Under the pieces are notes generated by a model. That model saw only the letters and a list, made by a program, of their open reading frames with translations. It searched no databases and was not told where the DNA came from. DNA of 62,711 bases, filler included, from Chiloscyllium plagiosum (lineage: Eukaryota): the NCBI RefSeq assembly GCF_004010195.1. It is 3 parts of one record of this genome, joined end to end, with 100 filler letters (N's around TTAATTAATTAA, not from the genome) between each part and the next. Parts side by side here need not be neighbours in the genome. Positions count along the whole stretch, not along the records: positions 14,538 to 45,917 come from NC_057715.1; positions 46,018 to 62,711 come from NC_057715.1; 1 more part is not named here. One strand, 5' to 3'. This document shows positions 37,606 through 51,710 of this stretch, piece by piece. Position numbers and translations under genes: made by a program. How positions within the stretch are numbered: the first letter of the stretch is position 1; the number at the start of each line of letters is the position of its first letter.

Positions 37606-38999
37606 TGAAAATTGATGGACAAGATGTCCCTTGTTAATACTTCTAGTGTAACACATCTAAAACCAACATAAAATTAAGCATGTATTAATAGGCCAATGGA
37701 ATTTAGATAGAGTTGATTAATTTAATTTTACATAGTTAAATCAACAAAGATAGAAATCATGAGAACACAAACATTTCCCCCTCATTGTTTATGGAATTCA
37801 ACTCAAATACCAGGGACCAGCTCTCTGTACTTCCCAAGTGGAGATTCAGTTCCTTAATTGCAACAGCCGTCTTATCATTCCTGATTTCCAACAGAGTCCA
37901 AAAAACTCGCCCTTCCAGACCTTCACTGTGTGATTACCAGAGTCAGTTTGTTTGCTTTTCTTTCTCCTCCTGCCCATGACTTCCTTCTCGTCTCCCACGC
38001 TGAGCTTCACCATTCAGTTACCATTGTTTTCTTCTGAAACTGAATTTCTACAGAGACTTGACTGTTTTGCTTTTCTTTCTTCTGAACAGAAATTGACTTC
38101 TCAGAGAAAAATTGGTCCTAATGCAAGCAGTTTTCTCAACAGGAATTTCTGTGTGTGGGCCATGGTCTACAAGCTGTAATAGGAAATCAGTTAACTCCAT
38201 CCTTCATGTTTTTGGTCAATCAATAACACTCACCTCCTTGTATTACTTGATGGCTTTCCTTCTTACCTGCACATTTCTCTTTTAGCCAGAATTTACCTTC
38301 TCAGACATGGGCAAAACAATTCAGAGCTGGAAATCTGAAATAAAACAATGTGCTGGAGAGCAGACCTGACAGCATTTTTAGAGAAAGGAATTGAGTTAAT
38401 GTTTTGAGTCTAACATGACTCTTCTTCAGAAGAAAATTTTCTATTTTTATTTAACACCTCAGAAGTGATTATCTGCCTAGAAATTTCAATTAAGTCATTT
38501 AATAAAAGGTATAATTGCAGTAGAAGACAGTATTGCCTATCAAGCCTGCCCCATCATTCATCACTTACATTGTTGATTCTGGGCATACACTCCACTGTGT
38601 CCCAGTCTCCATATTTCTTGATTTACTGAGAGATCAAAAATTGGTCTACTGCAACCTTATGTGACTGTAATGGTGACATCTTTACAATATCTGCAGGGGG
38701 TAGGGGAGCGGGGTTCCAAAGATTTATCATACTTTGGATGACAAACTTTGGAGTCCTCATCTCAATCCTGAATGATTGGTCCCTTATCCTGAAACTGTGC
38801 CCCATTGTTTTAGATTCTCAACCAGGGAAACAAAGTCTGTGCATCTATCCTGTCAAGCTCCTTCATAATTTTGAATGATTAATGAGGTTATCTATTATTC
38901 TTAGAAATTGCAGAGAATGTAGGCCCATTTTACTTAGTCCCTCATCATAAGACCACTCCCAGGGATCAATCCAGTGAATCTTTGCTGTACTGTCTCCAA

Positions 39000-39413
39000 G
39001 GAGAAAGTGAGGACTGTAGATGCTGGAGATCAGAGCTGAAAATGTGTTGCTGGAAAAGCGCAGCAGGTCAGGCATCATCCAAGGAGCAGGAGCGTGGGTT
39101 TCCTTCGGGTGCTCCGGTTTCCTCCCACAGTCCAAAGATGTGCAGGGTCAGGTGAATTGGCCATGCTAAATTGCCCGTAGTGTTAGGTAAGGGGTAAATG
39201 TAGGGGTATGGGTGGGTTTCGCTTCGGTGGGTCGGTGTGGACTTGTTGGGCCGAAGGGCCTGTTTCCACACTGTAATGTAATGTAATCTAATCTAATCGC
39301 TGTTTCGGGCATGACCCCTTTCCTGAAGAAGGGCTCAGGCCCGAAACGTCGATTCTTCTGCTCCTTGGATGCTGCCTGACCTACTGTGCTTTTCCAGCAA
39401 CACATTTTCAGTT
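39000..39413. mobile_element. Fold-back PLE insertion with nested 5'-truncated HE1 SINE (39093-39297, +)
   Basis: TSD CTGTACTGTCTCCAA at 38985 and 39414; intact plus-strand hammerhead 39319-39354. Confidence 0.88.
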
Positions 39414-39746
39414 CTGTACTGTCTCCAATACAAGTATATTCTTAGAAATTGCACACAGGGTCCCCCTGAAATTCCTTACTATTGTAGCAAGAGTTCTTTC
39501 TTCTTGGGTTCCATTCCCCTTCAGCATGTACCATTTAGAATAATTTCATCAGACGTTTGTATGTTTGCAAAGACATGTTGATTTGTTTTAATCAAACAAT
39601 GTTTTTTCTTTGATTAAGATCTCCTTAATACTAGATTCCAGAACTTGCCAAATTATTTTCTCTACAATCCTTTCTGACTAATATCATTTGTCATCTTTTA
39701 CTTTTAAGCCATTTTGGCCTCATCCAGAGGTTGAGGGTCCTAAATG

Positions 39747-40411
39747 GGAGAAAGTGAGGACTGCAGATGCTGGAGATCAGAGCTGAAAAATGTGTTGCTG
39801 GAAAAGCGCAGCAGGTCAGGCAGCATCAAAGGAGCAGGAGAATCGACGTTTCGGGCATAAGCCCTTCTTCAGGAAGGAGGAGGGTGAGCCAAGCAGGCTA
39901 AGATAAAAGGTAGGGAGGAGGCACTTGGGGGAGGGGCATTAGGAATGCAATAGGTGGAAGGAGGTTAAGGTGAGGGTGATAGGCCGGAGAGGGGTTGTGG
40001 GCGGAGAGGTCAGGAAGAAGATTGCAGGTCAAGAAGACGGTGCTGAGTCCGAGGGTTGGGACTGAGAAAAAGTGGGGGGAGATGCAGATTTCTCCACCTT
40101 CCTCATTTCCCCTCCCCCCACCTTTTCTCAGTCCCAACCCTCGGACTCAGCACCGTCTTCTTGACCTGCAATCTTCTTCCCGACCTCTCCGCCCACAACC
40201 CCTCTCTGGCCTATCACCCTCACCTTAACCTCCTTCCATGTATCGCATTCCCTACGCCCCTCCCCCAAGTCCCTCCTCCCTACCTTTTATCTTAGCCTGC
40301 TTGGCACACCCTCCTCATTCCTGAAGAAGGGCTTATGCCCGAAAAGTCGATTCTCCTGCTCCTTTGATGCTGCCTGACCTGCTGCGCTTTTCCTGCAACA
40401 CATTTTTCAGC
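39747..40411. mobile_element. Long fold-back PLE pLTR pair
   Basis: Arms of about 310 bp, nearly identical; TGAGGGTCCTA at 39732 and 40412; hammerheads at 39841-39875 (-) and 40317-40352 (+). Confidence 0.92.
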
Positions 40412-43400
40412 TGAGGGTCCTATATGCTAGTCTTTAACCAATTCAGTTCACTCTATACAATTTTAAGCAATGGTTGAAGACACTGGATACTACCAAGACT
40501 ATGGAGCCTTGACAACATTCCAACAGTGGTCTTCTGCTTTAGATTTTGTAGTGCCACTATCCAAGCTTCTCAGTACAGCTACAATATTGGTACCTCTCCA
40601 TCAATGTGGATAATTCCCCATGATGCATGTTGTGTACCACCCACATGAGACACTGCAACAACTCACCAAGGTGGCTTGGCCAGCACCTCCAAGCATAGAA
40701 AATATGAGAAGGTATAGGCCATTGGGCCCCTTGTACCTCTCTGTCATTCAATATTATGGCTGATCATCCAACTCAGTACCCTGTTCCTGGTTTCTCTCCA
40801 TACTCTTTGATCCCTTAGCCCTAAGAACTATACCTTACCCCTTCTTGAAGACATTCAATTTGGATTTGGGTTCACTATAGCAGAGATTTTCATGGGCTCA
40901 CCACTTTCTGGTTGAACAAATATCCCATCATCTCAATCATAAATGGCTTACTGTGGACCGCTACCATCTAGAAGGACAAGGGTAGCAGATACATAGGACC
41001 ACCCACTGGGAACAAGTTCCCCTTCAAGCCTCTCACCACCCTTACTTGGAAATATATTGCCATTCCTTCACTGCCACTGGGTCAAAATCCAGGAGCTCCC
41101 TCTCAAACATCATTGTGACTACACCTAGAGCACATGGACTGCAATGGTTCAAAAAGGAAGCTCACCACTACAGCCACATCCCCTGAATGAATAAAAAATG
41201 TCATGTTATATTTGCTAACTTCTACTCTGCTGGGACCTTTCCAAAATATTGGGTGTTTTAGAGATCATAGCCAGTGTATTCATTATTCTTGCAGCTATGT
41301 CTCTTACACTCCAAGGTTGTAGGTCATCAGTTCTGCAGGATTTGTTAGATTATTGTTCCTTGAGTTTCTCTAATATTTTTCCTTTACTGATTTCAATAAT
41401 CTTAATTCTTCACATATTCACATCTGGAATGTAACATGAAGACAGACAGAAAATATTTGTTCAATGTCTCCCTTTCCTAATTCCTCATTGCCGATGATCA
41501 TTTCTGCTGTCTCCGTTTCCAAGAGAACAACATTTACTGTAGCCACTTTTCCTTTTTATATACATGTAAATGCATTCAATAGGCCGAAACTTATGTTTTT
41601 TGGCTAAGTGTGAATTGCATCAGGTTTGTTGTAGGGTTTTTCACCACAATGTTGAGCAAGTTCTCTCACCGTATCTTACCAGATTCACCTCATTAACTAC
41701 ATTCCCTAATCCTGTGGTGTTGGTCATGTTTCATTCAATCCCCATCTTACTGTATGCCTTTCCTGGAACAATTTGCCACTTGGTGGTTATCTGCTGAGAT
41801 TTCAGCACCACTTGTGCCAACTCCAAGACTGCTATACACCCAGTCAAGCATTGTCAATATGGCTTTGCCCATCACTGATGATGTACAATAGCCACAAAGT
41901 CGTGCTGATCACAGGATATAGCACATGGCTTGACACTCCCTCGCATGTACATCCCCATTCTCTTACTCTAATCACTGTTTAACCACCACACCACACAGTT
42001 AACATGTTCTCCGCTACATCCCATCCAATCACTCTCTCTCTAGGTCACCACCTCTGTATCCTCCAATGACCACAGGACACCCACATTTTTCCTGTAGAAG
42101 AACATTACATGAAGGTAAGCATTTGGACAATCCCAAATATGAGCTTTTATTGACAACCAACAGAAGTGAACAGAAACAAAACAAATAGACCCCTTTGTAT
42201 CCTCGCACAATGCAAATCAAAAATGAGCATTATGATCACTGACTATTTTTACATTCCATGATGCTCTGCTGTACCCAGCTGTCATCAACTGGAACCGGGT
42301 GTCAATCAGGTCCGATCTGTCTTGCAGCACTCGATGCAGCTGAGCTCTATCATGCACAAAGAGAGATTGCTTTTCCCAGTGTTCTCATTCTCCTCCTCCT
42401 GCCATGTTCTGCCTCCAGTCCACAGCACCAAAGGTTGAGCCCAGTGACTCAATTAATTCTTCAAACTACTTCGGTTGGCGACACAATCAGAAGTCCATGC
42501 TTCCCAAAAAAGGTCAACAGCTTGCTGCTAAATTGGCATGGAATGTGTTTGTTTATGCGTCTGCTTCAAGTTTCTGTCTTAATTAGTCACAAAGTTAGCT
42601 TCCAGACTTACCAGTAAAGAAAGAATGAATGAAGCATGCTACACACTAACTGTTGAAGTCATGACCCCCGAATTATCAGCCTTAAAATACACTTCTTAAA
42701 TCTTTAGAGCTCAAATCAATCTTCAGAAAGTAATTGTTTGTTTACTGAAAGTTTTGACACTTTCTTGGCTCTGAGTTTTGTAACATGTCAGTGTCAAACA
42801 GCAAAGGTTAGTCGAAACTTTGTAAACAAATTTTGCGTGTAGCTTTAACCCCGGTCAGAAACCGAGAACACATCTTTTTACCACTTTGAAGTTTTTTGGG
42901 GATAATTAGTACACTTTGAAAATGAGAACTTTTGAGTCAAATAGGAAACTATATATATAAATGAAATCATTTCTGCCCTGAAAATTTTAAGTTACAATCT
43001 TGTCACATCTCTCAGAGCTCATCCTTCCAAAGTCTTCTTGCCTCATGCGATTGCATGAGGCTGCCTGTTGTGAGGACTGTGGTGATGAGGTGGGAGGGGG
43101 GGGGTGCAAATATTCTGTCATGCTCCTTGCGCAAGCCTTTAATGTCATCATGAGCTGGTCCTTTCTCTCAATGATCTATCATGTTACAGTTGTCCACTCC
43201 AAACGCCCCACACACAGCGAGACCCATTTGTACTTGAAAGCCTCAGTTCAGTTATCCAAGCTCTGATAAGGGCTACCTTGCAATTTTCTGAAGTGTCCTG
43301 CCAGTCTATCCCCTGATGTATTGCAATTTAGTGAAACCATCATGGAAAACCTGATGTGAATTTTGCAAGATTTGATGATCCTGGATATGAATTTTCTTTT

Positions 43401-45039
43401 GCTAAAATGAAGCAATCTGAAGGAACAGCCCAACAGCCAACTTAAATGTTAGTTGAAAGATTGCCCAGAACTGTCCGTTGTCTGACATGTGGCTGGGTTT
43501 TAACATCCACACATAAGTGTAGTATTCAGTGTATCATATCAAAGCAGGAGGAGAGGGAAGGTGATTAAAGCTATGGGACAGAACAGGGTAGTTTTCCCTG
43601 CCTGAATCTTGCCTCTGGCTGACTTATACAGTGATTATATTTTATTTGAGTCTGCATTTTACATGCCCACCAATTGGAGCACAAGGCCAAAGGTCTGAGG
43701 AGTTGTTTTGTTGCACTGCATTAGGGTGTACAGGAGACATCCCAAGCATCACCACAAGGACCCCAGCTTTTCTTGATCTTGGTTAATTGCGTGCAGGGCT
43801 TACAGGGCACAATTTCAAAATTGGTGCAGATGACACAAAATGTATAAATGTTACTTTCTGTGAGGAGGATAATAACAAATTCAAGAGATCACAGAGCTGG
43901 TGAAATTGGATGACAATGTGGTAGGTTGTGGAATGTCTCTTATAAATAAAATAACAGTACTTTTGGGACAATAAGAGCAACATTGACCAATTGAACAGCA
44001 TGCTGGGAATTGGACAGGGGCCAGACAGATATACGAGCCTTTTACTTTGAATGATTATATTGGATAGGTGTTAATGAGACAGTGGAACTGAGATATTAAG
44101 CTAGGGATCTTGCAGGATTCACTGTCAAATTGGATCAAGTCAGACAGATATGCAAGCCATTCACCTTGAATGACAATTGATAGGTGTTGATGAGACTGTG
44201 CTGCAAGGTTTCTGGTAGAACAATACATCTGAGGTTTAGTGAAACTGCTTTTGCGAAAGCTCCTAGGGTCAGCTCAATCAATAGAGAAATTATAATATCC
44301 AAGACTGTCTTTTGTAACATCTTTCCAGGGACAGAAACTCAATCTACACGGAGTAACTGAATTATGTTAATTATATTGCTATATCAAACTTTGCTTTTAC
44401 TAAATGATAGTGAGTCATAGCAACAAAAGCAGAAATTGCTGGAAAAGCTCAGCAGGTCTGGCAGCATCTGTGCAGAGAAATCAGAGTTAAAGTTTTGGGT
44501 CGAGTGACCCTTCCTCGTGTTCTGAATGTGGAATTGGGGATGAGGAGCTCCACTTGCAGAGATGGACTGGAGCAGAAGAAGCTGGGGTATTTTCTTAGAG
44601 AAGAAAATTCAGAGATTTAGTAAAGGTGACCAAAATCATGAGAAGCCTGGCAAATGTTGAGAAACCATTCTTATTCATGGTAAAATGCAGAACCAGAGGA
44701 CATATATCCAAGGTGATTGGTAAGAAACAAGCTAAAGAAGCAGGAGGAAAATCTAGTTTACACCGAGAGTGGTTAGGATCTGAAGCCTGGGAGTGTGGTA
44801 GAGGCAGATCCAAACATGACTTTCAAAAGAGAATTGGATGATTATCTGAAATGAAAACATTTGAAGGTTTGCAAGGGAAAGGTCAAAAATGATTATATAT
44901 AGGGCAATTATATATAGTTTATAATCTAACATACAGAAGCAATGTGAGGTAAATATGGTTAATAGGCCAACTTAGGTCAAGCACACACAGAACACATCAA
45001 AGAACAAATTTGGACAAGACAGGTCCTATGGATTTCTCA

Positions 45040-45222
45040 GAGTGTGATGCTGGAAAAGCACAGCAGGTCAGGCAGCATCCGAGGAGCAGGAGAATCAATG
45101 TTTCGGGCATAAGTCCTTTAAAGGCGTCGATTCTCCTGCTCCTTAGATGCTGCCTGACCTGCTGTGCTTTTCCAGCACTACACTCTTGACTCTGAGCTCC
45201 AGCATCTGCAGTCCTCACATTC
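45040..45222. mobile_element. Fold-back PLE insertion
   Basis: TSD TCCTATGGATTTCT at 45024 and 45223; centre lies inside the hammerhead near 45120. Confidence 0.88.
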
Positions 45223-45666
45223 TCCTATGGATTTCTGAGCAAACCCTCCAACTCCCAGATATTAGTGACTTTGTGGATCATCAAAACTTTACAAGAGATT
45301 CCAATTCTTCTTTCTCAAGGTGCTCGCTGCGAAAATTCCTCAAAGCAACACTGTTGTACACTGCGTCAATGTCTGATCACATCCAGTAATTCTATCAACT
45401 TTCCAACTTTCCCTTGGATTCTGGAAAGTGCATTCTAACATTTCCCCATGGACATGATTCCAGCAGACAGTTATCTTTGCCAAATTGGTACTGCCTGAGT
45501 TTGTCCGAATTCTAATCTTGCTCAGCCAAACCTAGGAAATAGTACTACTGGGGTTCCTTCACCACGACCCTCACTTGTTCTGAACTATAAATGGCTCATC
45601 TGAGAATCTCTTGCTGATCCCAATCAATTGCAGCAGTGAGGGGACAGGATGTGGCTGGAGCTTTTG

Positions 45667-45917
45667 TCAGGCAGCATCCAAGGAGCTTCGAAATCGACGT
45701 TTCGGGCAAAAGCCCTTCATCAGGAATAAAGGCAGTGAGCCTGGAGCATGGAGAGATAAGCTAGAGGAGGGTGGGGGTGGGGAGAAAGTAGCATAGAGTA
45801 CAATGGGTGAGTGGGGGAGGGGATGAAGGTGATAGGTCAGGGAGGAGAGGGTGGAGTGGATAGGTGGAAAAGGAGATAGGCAGGTAGGACAAGTCCGGAC
45901 AAGTCATGGGGACAGTG
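45667..45917 (-). mobile_element. PLE pLTR running into the gap, with intact hammerhead motif 45692-45727
   Basis: Same family as the 20077 copy; CTGATGA-A-GGGC-TTTT-GCCC-GAAACGTC on minus. Confidence 0.88.
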
Positions 45918-46017
45918 NNNNNNNNNNNNNNNNNNNNNNNNNNNNNNNNNNNNNNNNNNNNTTAATTAATTAANNNNNNNNNNNNNNNNNNNNNNNNNNN
46001 NNNNNNNNNNNNNNNNN
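45918..46017. other. Scaffold gap with artificial TTAATTAATTAA pad
   Basis: 44 N + 12 bp + 44 N. Confidence 0.95.
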
Positions 46018-46149
46018 ACCGTCAGGCAAAAATAATGGTGGCTCATGTTGCTTCAGCACCACTATTACAGAGGAGGCAATGGAAGGTGGCCAGGGTCACG
46101 CAAAGCAGTGGCCTGAACCGAGAAAGGGAATGGGAACAGTGCAGACCAA

Positions 46150-46365
46150 GCAGTGCAGGAATGCTGGCGACCAGGGGTCTTTGAGATATACAGCATGCGC
46201 ACACAGATGGTAGTTGCCTGCAGATGTCTAGGGCCATGTGGGATGTTGTCACTAGCATCTCACAGTTGCTCCAGGAGGATCTGTGCATGCACAGACCGGG
46301 AGAAATTCAGTGCCAGTAAAGTGACATTGAAATTCTTCTTCCAGGGCTCCAGTGAGGGACATGCA
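46150..46365 (+). pseudogene. Harbinger (HARBI1-like) transposase N-terminal remnant
   Basis: CLQMSRAMWDVVTSISQLLQEDL..KVTLKFFFQGS resembles the LQMS..L.EDL..KVT.ALNFFASGSFQ pattern. Confidence 0.55.
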
Positions 46366-46419
46366 TACACCATTCAAGTCTGCCATACACAAATACTTGA
46401 AACTCCTTCCAGTCCCATC

Positions 46420-47180
46420 ATCATAGAATTGTTACAGTGCATGAGGAGGCTGTTCTGCCTACATTGCTTGTACTAGCTTGTTAGATACGCATCATTACTT
46501 TGGACCATTCTTCTACTTTTACTATTACATTTACTGAGATGATCATCCCCAATATACTCTTGACTATTTCAATTGAACTTGACTTCACCCCCATTTCCAG
46601 GCATCACATTCCATAGCAGAATTCCATAAATCATTCATATATAGATCAAGAAAAGCAATGGACCCAACACTGGCCTCTGGGGAACTCCACTCAAACCTTA
46701 ATCCAACCCAAAAAATATCAGTTGGCCGTTACGTTCTGTTTCCTAACAATCAGTCAATCTTGCATTTATGTTACTACTCTCCCTTTTTTACCACGGACGA
46801 TAACTTTCCTCACACAGTGGCACTGTGTCAAATGCCTTCTGAAAGTCCATGTATTCCACGTTACCCTCATTGAGCCTTTCTGTTACCTCTTCAAAAACTC
46901 CAACAAACATGATTTGTTAAACATGATTTCCTGTTAGAAATCCATGCTGCTTCTTCTAAATTTACCTACCATTTCTCGACTAATTTGGTGCTGAATAACT
47001 GTCACTCGAAGCTTCCCCACATTAAACTGACTGGTCTATAATTGCTGGACTTGTCTTTGCAGCCTTCCTTGAACGTGTTTGCGGCCTACCAGTCTTCTGG
47101 CACATCCCCCAATCTTAGGGGAGACTAAAAGATTGTGGTCAGTGCCTTGTAATTTCCATTCTCACTTCCACTCATCCTGC
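46420..47180 (-). mobile_element. Old CR1-type LINE fragments
   Basis: Degenerate reverse similarity to the RT region at 58164-58760. Confidence 0.65.
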
Positions 47181-49319
47181 CCCCACTAAGCTGCAAAGAA
47201 TCTGCACAAAGAGTGCCAGCTTTCAGTGATGCACATTGTGTAAACAGCAGCAACAAACCAACCTCATTAGACAGAATCACTTTTACACTGTTAGCATCGG
47301 AAAATGCAACACTAATCAGCTGACTGCTTGCTGTCTGGCCTGTGTACACAGTGGAGGCAACAGGAACAGAAGCTTGTACTATAATCTGAGGCTATTAGAC
47401 TCAAGCTCTTTTCAACTATTTGAATGCATTTTTGATTCTGAACAGCAATGAAGCAAATTGTCTGTAAATATATGAAGCATATCATCACAATTGTAAAATC
47501 AAAGCATGAGGAATGGCTAAGACTGAGTTCAATAACTCTAATGAGATTATTCTTTAAGAGTGCAGTTTTGTTTGATATTCACACTATAACATTACAGTTT
47601 TTCCAGCAGCAATTCCACAGAAATAATTAAGTAATAATGAATTACCATCTGCATTGTAGCAGAAAATTGACAAAGATGCTCCAGTATGATTTGACGCTTC
47701 AATCAGACTGTTCTCAACTCCACAAAGCAGTACAGCTGGCAGTCATTATTATTCAATTTTAGCTCTTTGATGAGAAAGTTGCCGATAGAATTGTTGCCTA
47801 ATTTCCTTTGTAGCATTCAGCAATGAATTCAAAATATTGCTTGCCCTTATTGGCATGCTGTCATAACTCATGTTGTGTGATGGGTTAAAGTATGTTTTCC
47901 ACTGAGCTGCTCCATGGTAATGTGCACTCATTTGGAATTGAGCTACTCGTGCCTGTGTGGAAGAGGATAAGAGAAAGTAGAATAAAAGCAGAAAATGACA
48001 GAGACACGCAGCAGGGCAGTCAGTACCCGCGGATAAAAGACAGATGATGGCTTACAGACTGTCTACCTTTGCTCAGGGCATGCACCTAAGAGAGCATTAT
48101 CTCCCTTTTCTCTTTACAAATATTAGCTGACCTGTTGAGCTTGTCCAGGAACATTTGTTTCTTATACAGATTTAGTCCAAATTTTCTCTTTTGTTTTACT
48201 GAAATCAACAAAAACTGTTGTTACCTAGGTTGAAATGTACCAGCTAACATTTGCAGTGGAACCGCGGAGACAAAAATTCCTGCAAATGAGTTAGCAAGTG
48301 TGCTGCAATCAGCATACAAATGCAATTGAACATAGTTGTCAGGGATTTCTATTAAAACAGTGAAATAATTGAACACAGAAAAGACAATGGGCGCAGGAGA
48401 ATGCTTGTTTTATACACTGGTATTGTGCTTTACAATGATCACACCTTCATTGGTTTAGACACCAGTCACAGATGACTGCAAATGACCTGAGGGCAAAGTG
48501 TATTGGCATTCCCGGGGGTGGGGGGGGGAAGGATTTCTGAAGCACAGGCACTTAGGAACCTATTACTTGTCCAGAAAGCTTTTCATTGACAAGCTGTTCA
48601 ATTTTCATCTCTTCCTTCTGTAATTTAAGACAAGGTGTGTGTCCGCTTCACGGGCAACTGAAAAGCTGACTTAACAAGCTTCAATTTAAACAATTCCTAA
48701 AGCTGTTTTAGCAGTGAGCACTCAGTAAAAAAAAATCAGATGACACTTTATCAATAGGAGAATGTATCACATTTCCTGTCTTTCAACAGGAAAACATGAC
48801 ACAAATTAACTTTGCTTTACCTTAATATTATATTGGTATGTGCTCTCCAAAAGAAACAAACATAGCCCAATTTATTTTAATTAGTATTTGAAAAGTATCA
48901 TTATCTCTTCCTTTTATGACAATGCTCTCTGACAAGGAATGGTTAAACACATAACTGAGAAACATGGAGACCATGAAATTCATTCATTTAGAGCTCCTTT
49001 TAACTATAAAATACATCTGCAGATTTGCAATGCATAAAGCAGTACTGCCCATGCAAGGTGATATGTGCAAATGCTCTCCTTGCATACAAAATGAAACATC
49101 GATCCTCACATGCTGTTTCAGTGCTTGTGTTACATGTACTCAAACTGACTAACATCTGTGCAGGGCATGATTGCTTTATCACTGTTCAATCAACAACTCT
49201 TAGCAGTACGATGGGAAAAAGGTAGGAGTGGGGATGAGGGGCGGGGTTTAATTGGATAACTCTCGGATTTGGCTATAGGCCTTGACAATATTTTACCAAC
49301 AGCAATGACAACTTGTGTT

Positions 49320-50195
49320 TGAGAAGTAGGCACAGACCTAGCCAAGTTGTTCCAATATAGCTACAACACTGGCATCTAGCTGACAATATGGAAGATTCCT
49401 GAAGAAGGGCTTATGTCCGAAACGTCGATTCTCCGGCTCCTTTGATGCTGCCTGACCTGCTGCAACACATTTTTCAACTCTGATCTCCAGCATCTGCAGT
49501 CCTCACTTTCTCCTAACATGGAAGATTGCCCAGGTATGTTCTGGGCACAAAAAAGTAGGACAAATCAAACCTGGTTAATAACTACTCACTTAATCTACTC
49601 TTGAACATCAGTTAAGTGCTGGAAAGGTCATCAACAGTGGTATTAAGCAACACCTGCTCAGCAATAAACTGCTCACTGATGCCCAGTTCAGATTTTGCCA
49701 TGGCCATTTAGCGCTTGACCTTCTTACAGCTCTGTTTCAAACATGGGCAAAAGAGCAGAATGCCATAGGGGAGGGGATACTGCTCTCAACATCAAGGCAG
49801 CATTTGACTGAGGAGTCCTACACAACAGGAGATCATGAGAATCAGAGAAAACTCTCAGTTGGTTGAAATCTTACCCGGCACTAAACAAGATGGTCATTGT
49901 TATTATTGTTGGAGTTCAGTCATCCCAGCTCCAGGATAGCGCTGCAGCATTTCCTCAGGGTGGTATCTTTGTTTTAACCATCTTCAGTTGCTTCATGGAT
50001 GATGTTCCCTTCATTGTAAGGTCAGATGTGGAAATGTTTGTTGATGATTGCACAATGTTTAGCACCATTCACAACTCCTCAGATACTGATGCAGCCTATA
50101 TCTAACTGCAGCCAGACACTCATTATAAGTTTGGATTAGCAAGTGGAAAGTACCATTTGCATCACACAAGTGCCAAGCACTGACCAAGAGAAGGT
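49320..50195 (+). mobile_element. Old CR1/L2-group LINE (family B) RT fragment
   Basis: LAKLFQYSYNTGI, VGVQSSQLQD, MFVDDCTMF motifs. Confidence 0.8.
49396..49514 (+). mobile_element. About 120-bp PLE insertion starting at a hammerhead motif (49395-49430)
   Basis: ATTC-CTGAAGA-A-GGGC-TTAT-GTCC-GAAA-CGTC-GATT; AAYATGGAAGATT duplicated on the flanks. Confidence 0.88.
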
Positions 50196-50439
50196 CTAGT
50201 ACATCACTCCATGGAGTCAAGATGGTGGCACACTCCTGCCAGTGCTCCTCTGCTCTGCCTGTTCTCTTTCTTTCTTTTTCCCTTTTTTTCTCTTTTCTTC
50301 ATCTCTCTCCTGAGCATCAGAGGAATATTCTGGAGCAGTGGCAGGTGCCGGCAGCAAGTCCCGGACCAGAAAACCCTGGGACAGCGCTTCGGCTGTGAGC
50401 ACTGGAACAGCACAGGGGAGCAGCCCTGGAGCAGCACAT

Positions 50440-50562
50440 CGGGAAACAGCCCGGAGCAGGGAGTGGGGAAACAGCCCCGGAGCAGGGAGTGGGGGAAACA
50501 GCCCGGAGCAGGGAGTGGGAATGGAGCCCCAGAGCAGAGAGTGGGGAAACAGCCCCGGAGCA
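50440..50562. repeat. Minisatellite of about 27 bp (GGGAAACAGCCCCGGAGCAGGGAGTGG), 4-5 copies
   Basis: Direct inspection. Confidence 0.85.
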
Positions 50563-51710
50563 ATGCATAGGCAGAGAGTCCCAAGAAGAGACAGGTCTGG
50601 AATATTCCATGGAGCAGCTGAGTGATGGTATGGAGTTGACTGGAAGCTTGGAATTGAGTGGGGACCGCTGATGGATTGTGGTCTGGTGCAGACAGTCAGA
50701 CCATTTGCAACGGCTCTGTGCTGTGCTGTTACACTGTAATATTTATTTAGAATTTCCTACCTTACTGTAACATTAACCTTTCATTGATATCCCATTCAAT
50801 GAAGAAGCCTCAATTACTTCACTAGGCAGGGAATTTATGGGTGAAGAAATTCCTTCTCAATTCGGTCTGAAATCTGCTCCATCTAATTTTGAGGCTATGC
50901 CCTCTTGTTCTAGTTTCAACTGTCTATGGAAACATCCTTTCTACTTCCTCATCGATAAATGATTAAAAGCTAAAATGTGCAGATTAGGTGAATTGGTAGT
51001 GCTAAATTGTCCCATAGTGTTCAGGGATGTGTGGGTTAGGTGCATTAGTCAAGAGAAATGGAGACAGTAGGCTAGGGGAATGGTCTGGGTGGGATAGTCT
51101 TCAGATGGTCCGTGTGGACTTGTTAGGCCAAAACGTTAGTTTCCACAGTGTAGGTATTCTATTCTACAAATCTAAAGGGGAGATGCAGAAAGCAATTATG
51201 GAGGTCAATTGTGAGTTAGCCTTTAATCCAAGAGGATTTGAGCTCGGGAATAGTCAAGTCTTGCTTCAATTGTATAAATCTTGGTGATACCACACTCGAA
51301 ATACTGTGTGTCGTTTTGGTCCCTTTAATCAGGAGATTACTGAGGACTGCCCTGTGAAAGTCATTTTGTATTCCCACAGAGTATGATCAGTTAAAGAACA
51401 AAGAAACTTCTGCTGCAACTCTATTTGAAAACATTTGGAGTCCTTGTGGATGTAGACGGATGCCAATAGGCACCCGCTGCTGTCACTGTGATCTTCTCAG
51501 AAGCTGCATGTTCAGGGAATGTAGATATGAAGACATTATCACCTCACATCAAGAAAATGGATAGTTAAAATTATAGAGTTTTCTGTAAAAATCATAAACG
51601 TTAGCTCTTCATATCTGTCAGTGTGAAAGACAAATGTCATGCAGTGAATTTACAATAAAGGACAACCTAACCATCACTGAAACACCTACCATCAACTAAC
51701 CTAACCTACG

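Noticed and set aside
48580..49200. Possible conserved non-coding element
   Set aside because: Cannot be supported without cross-species alignment
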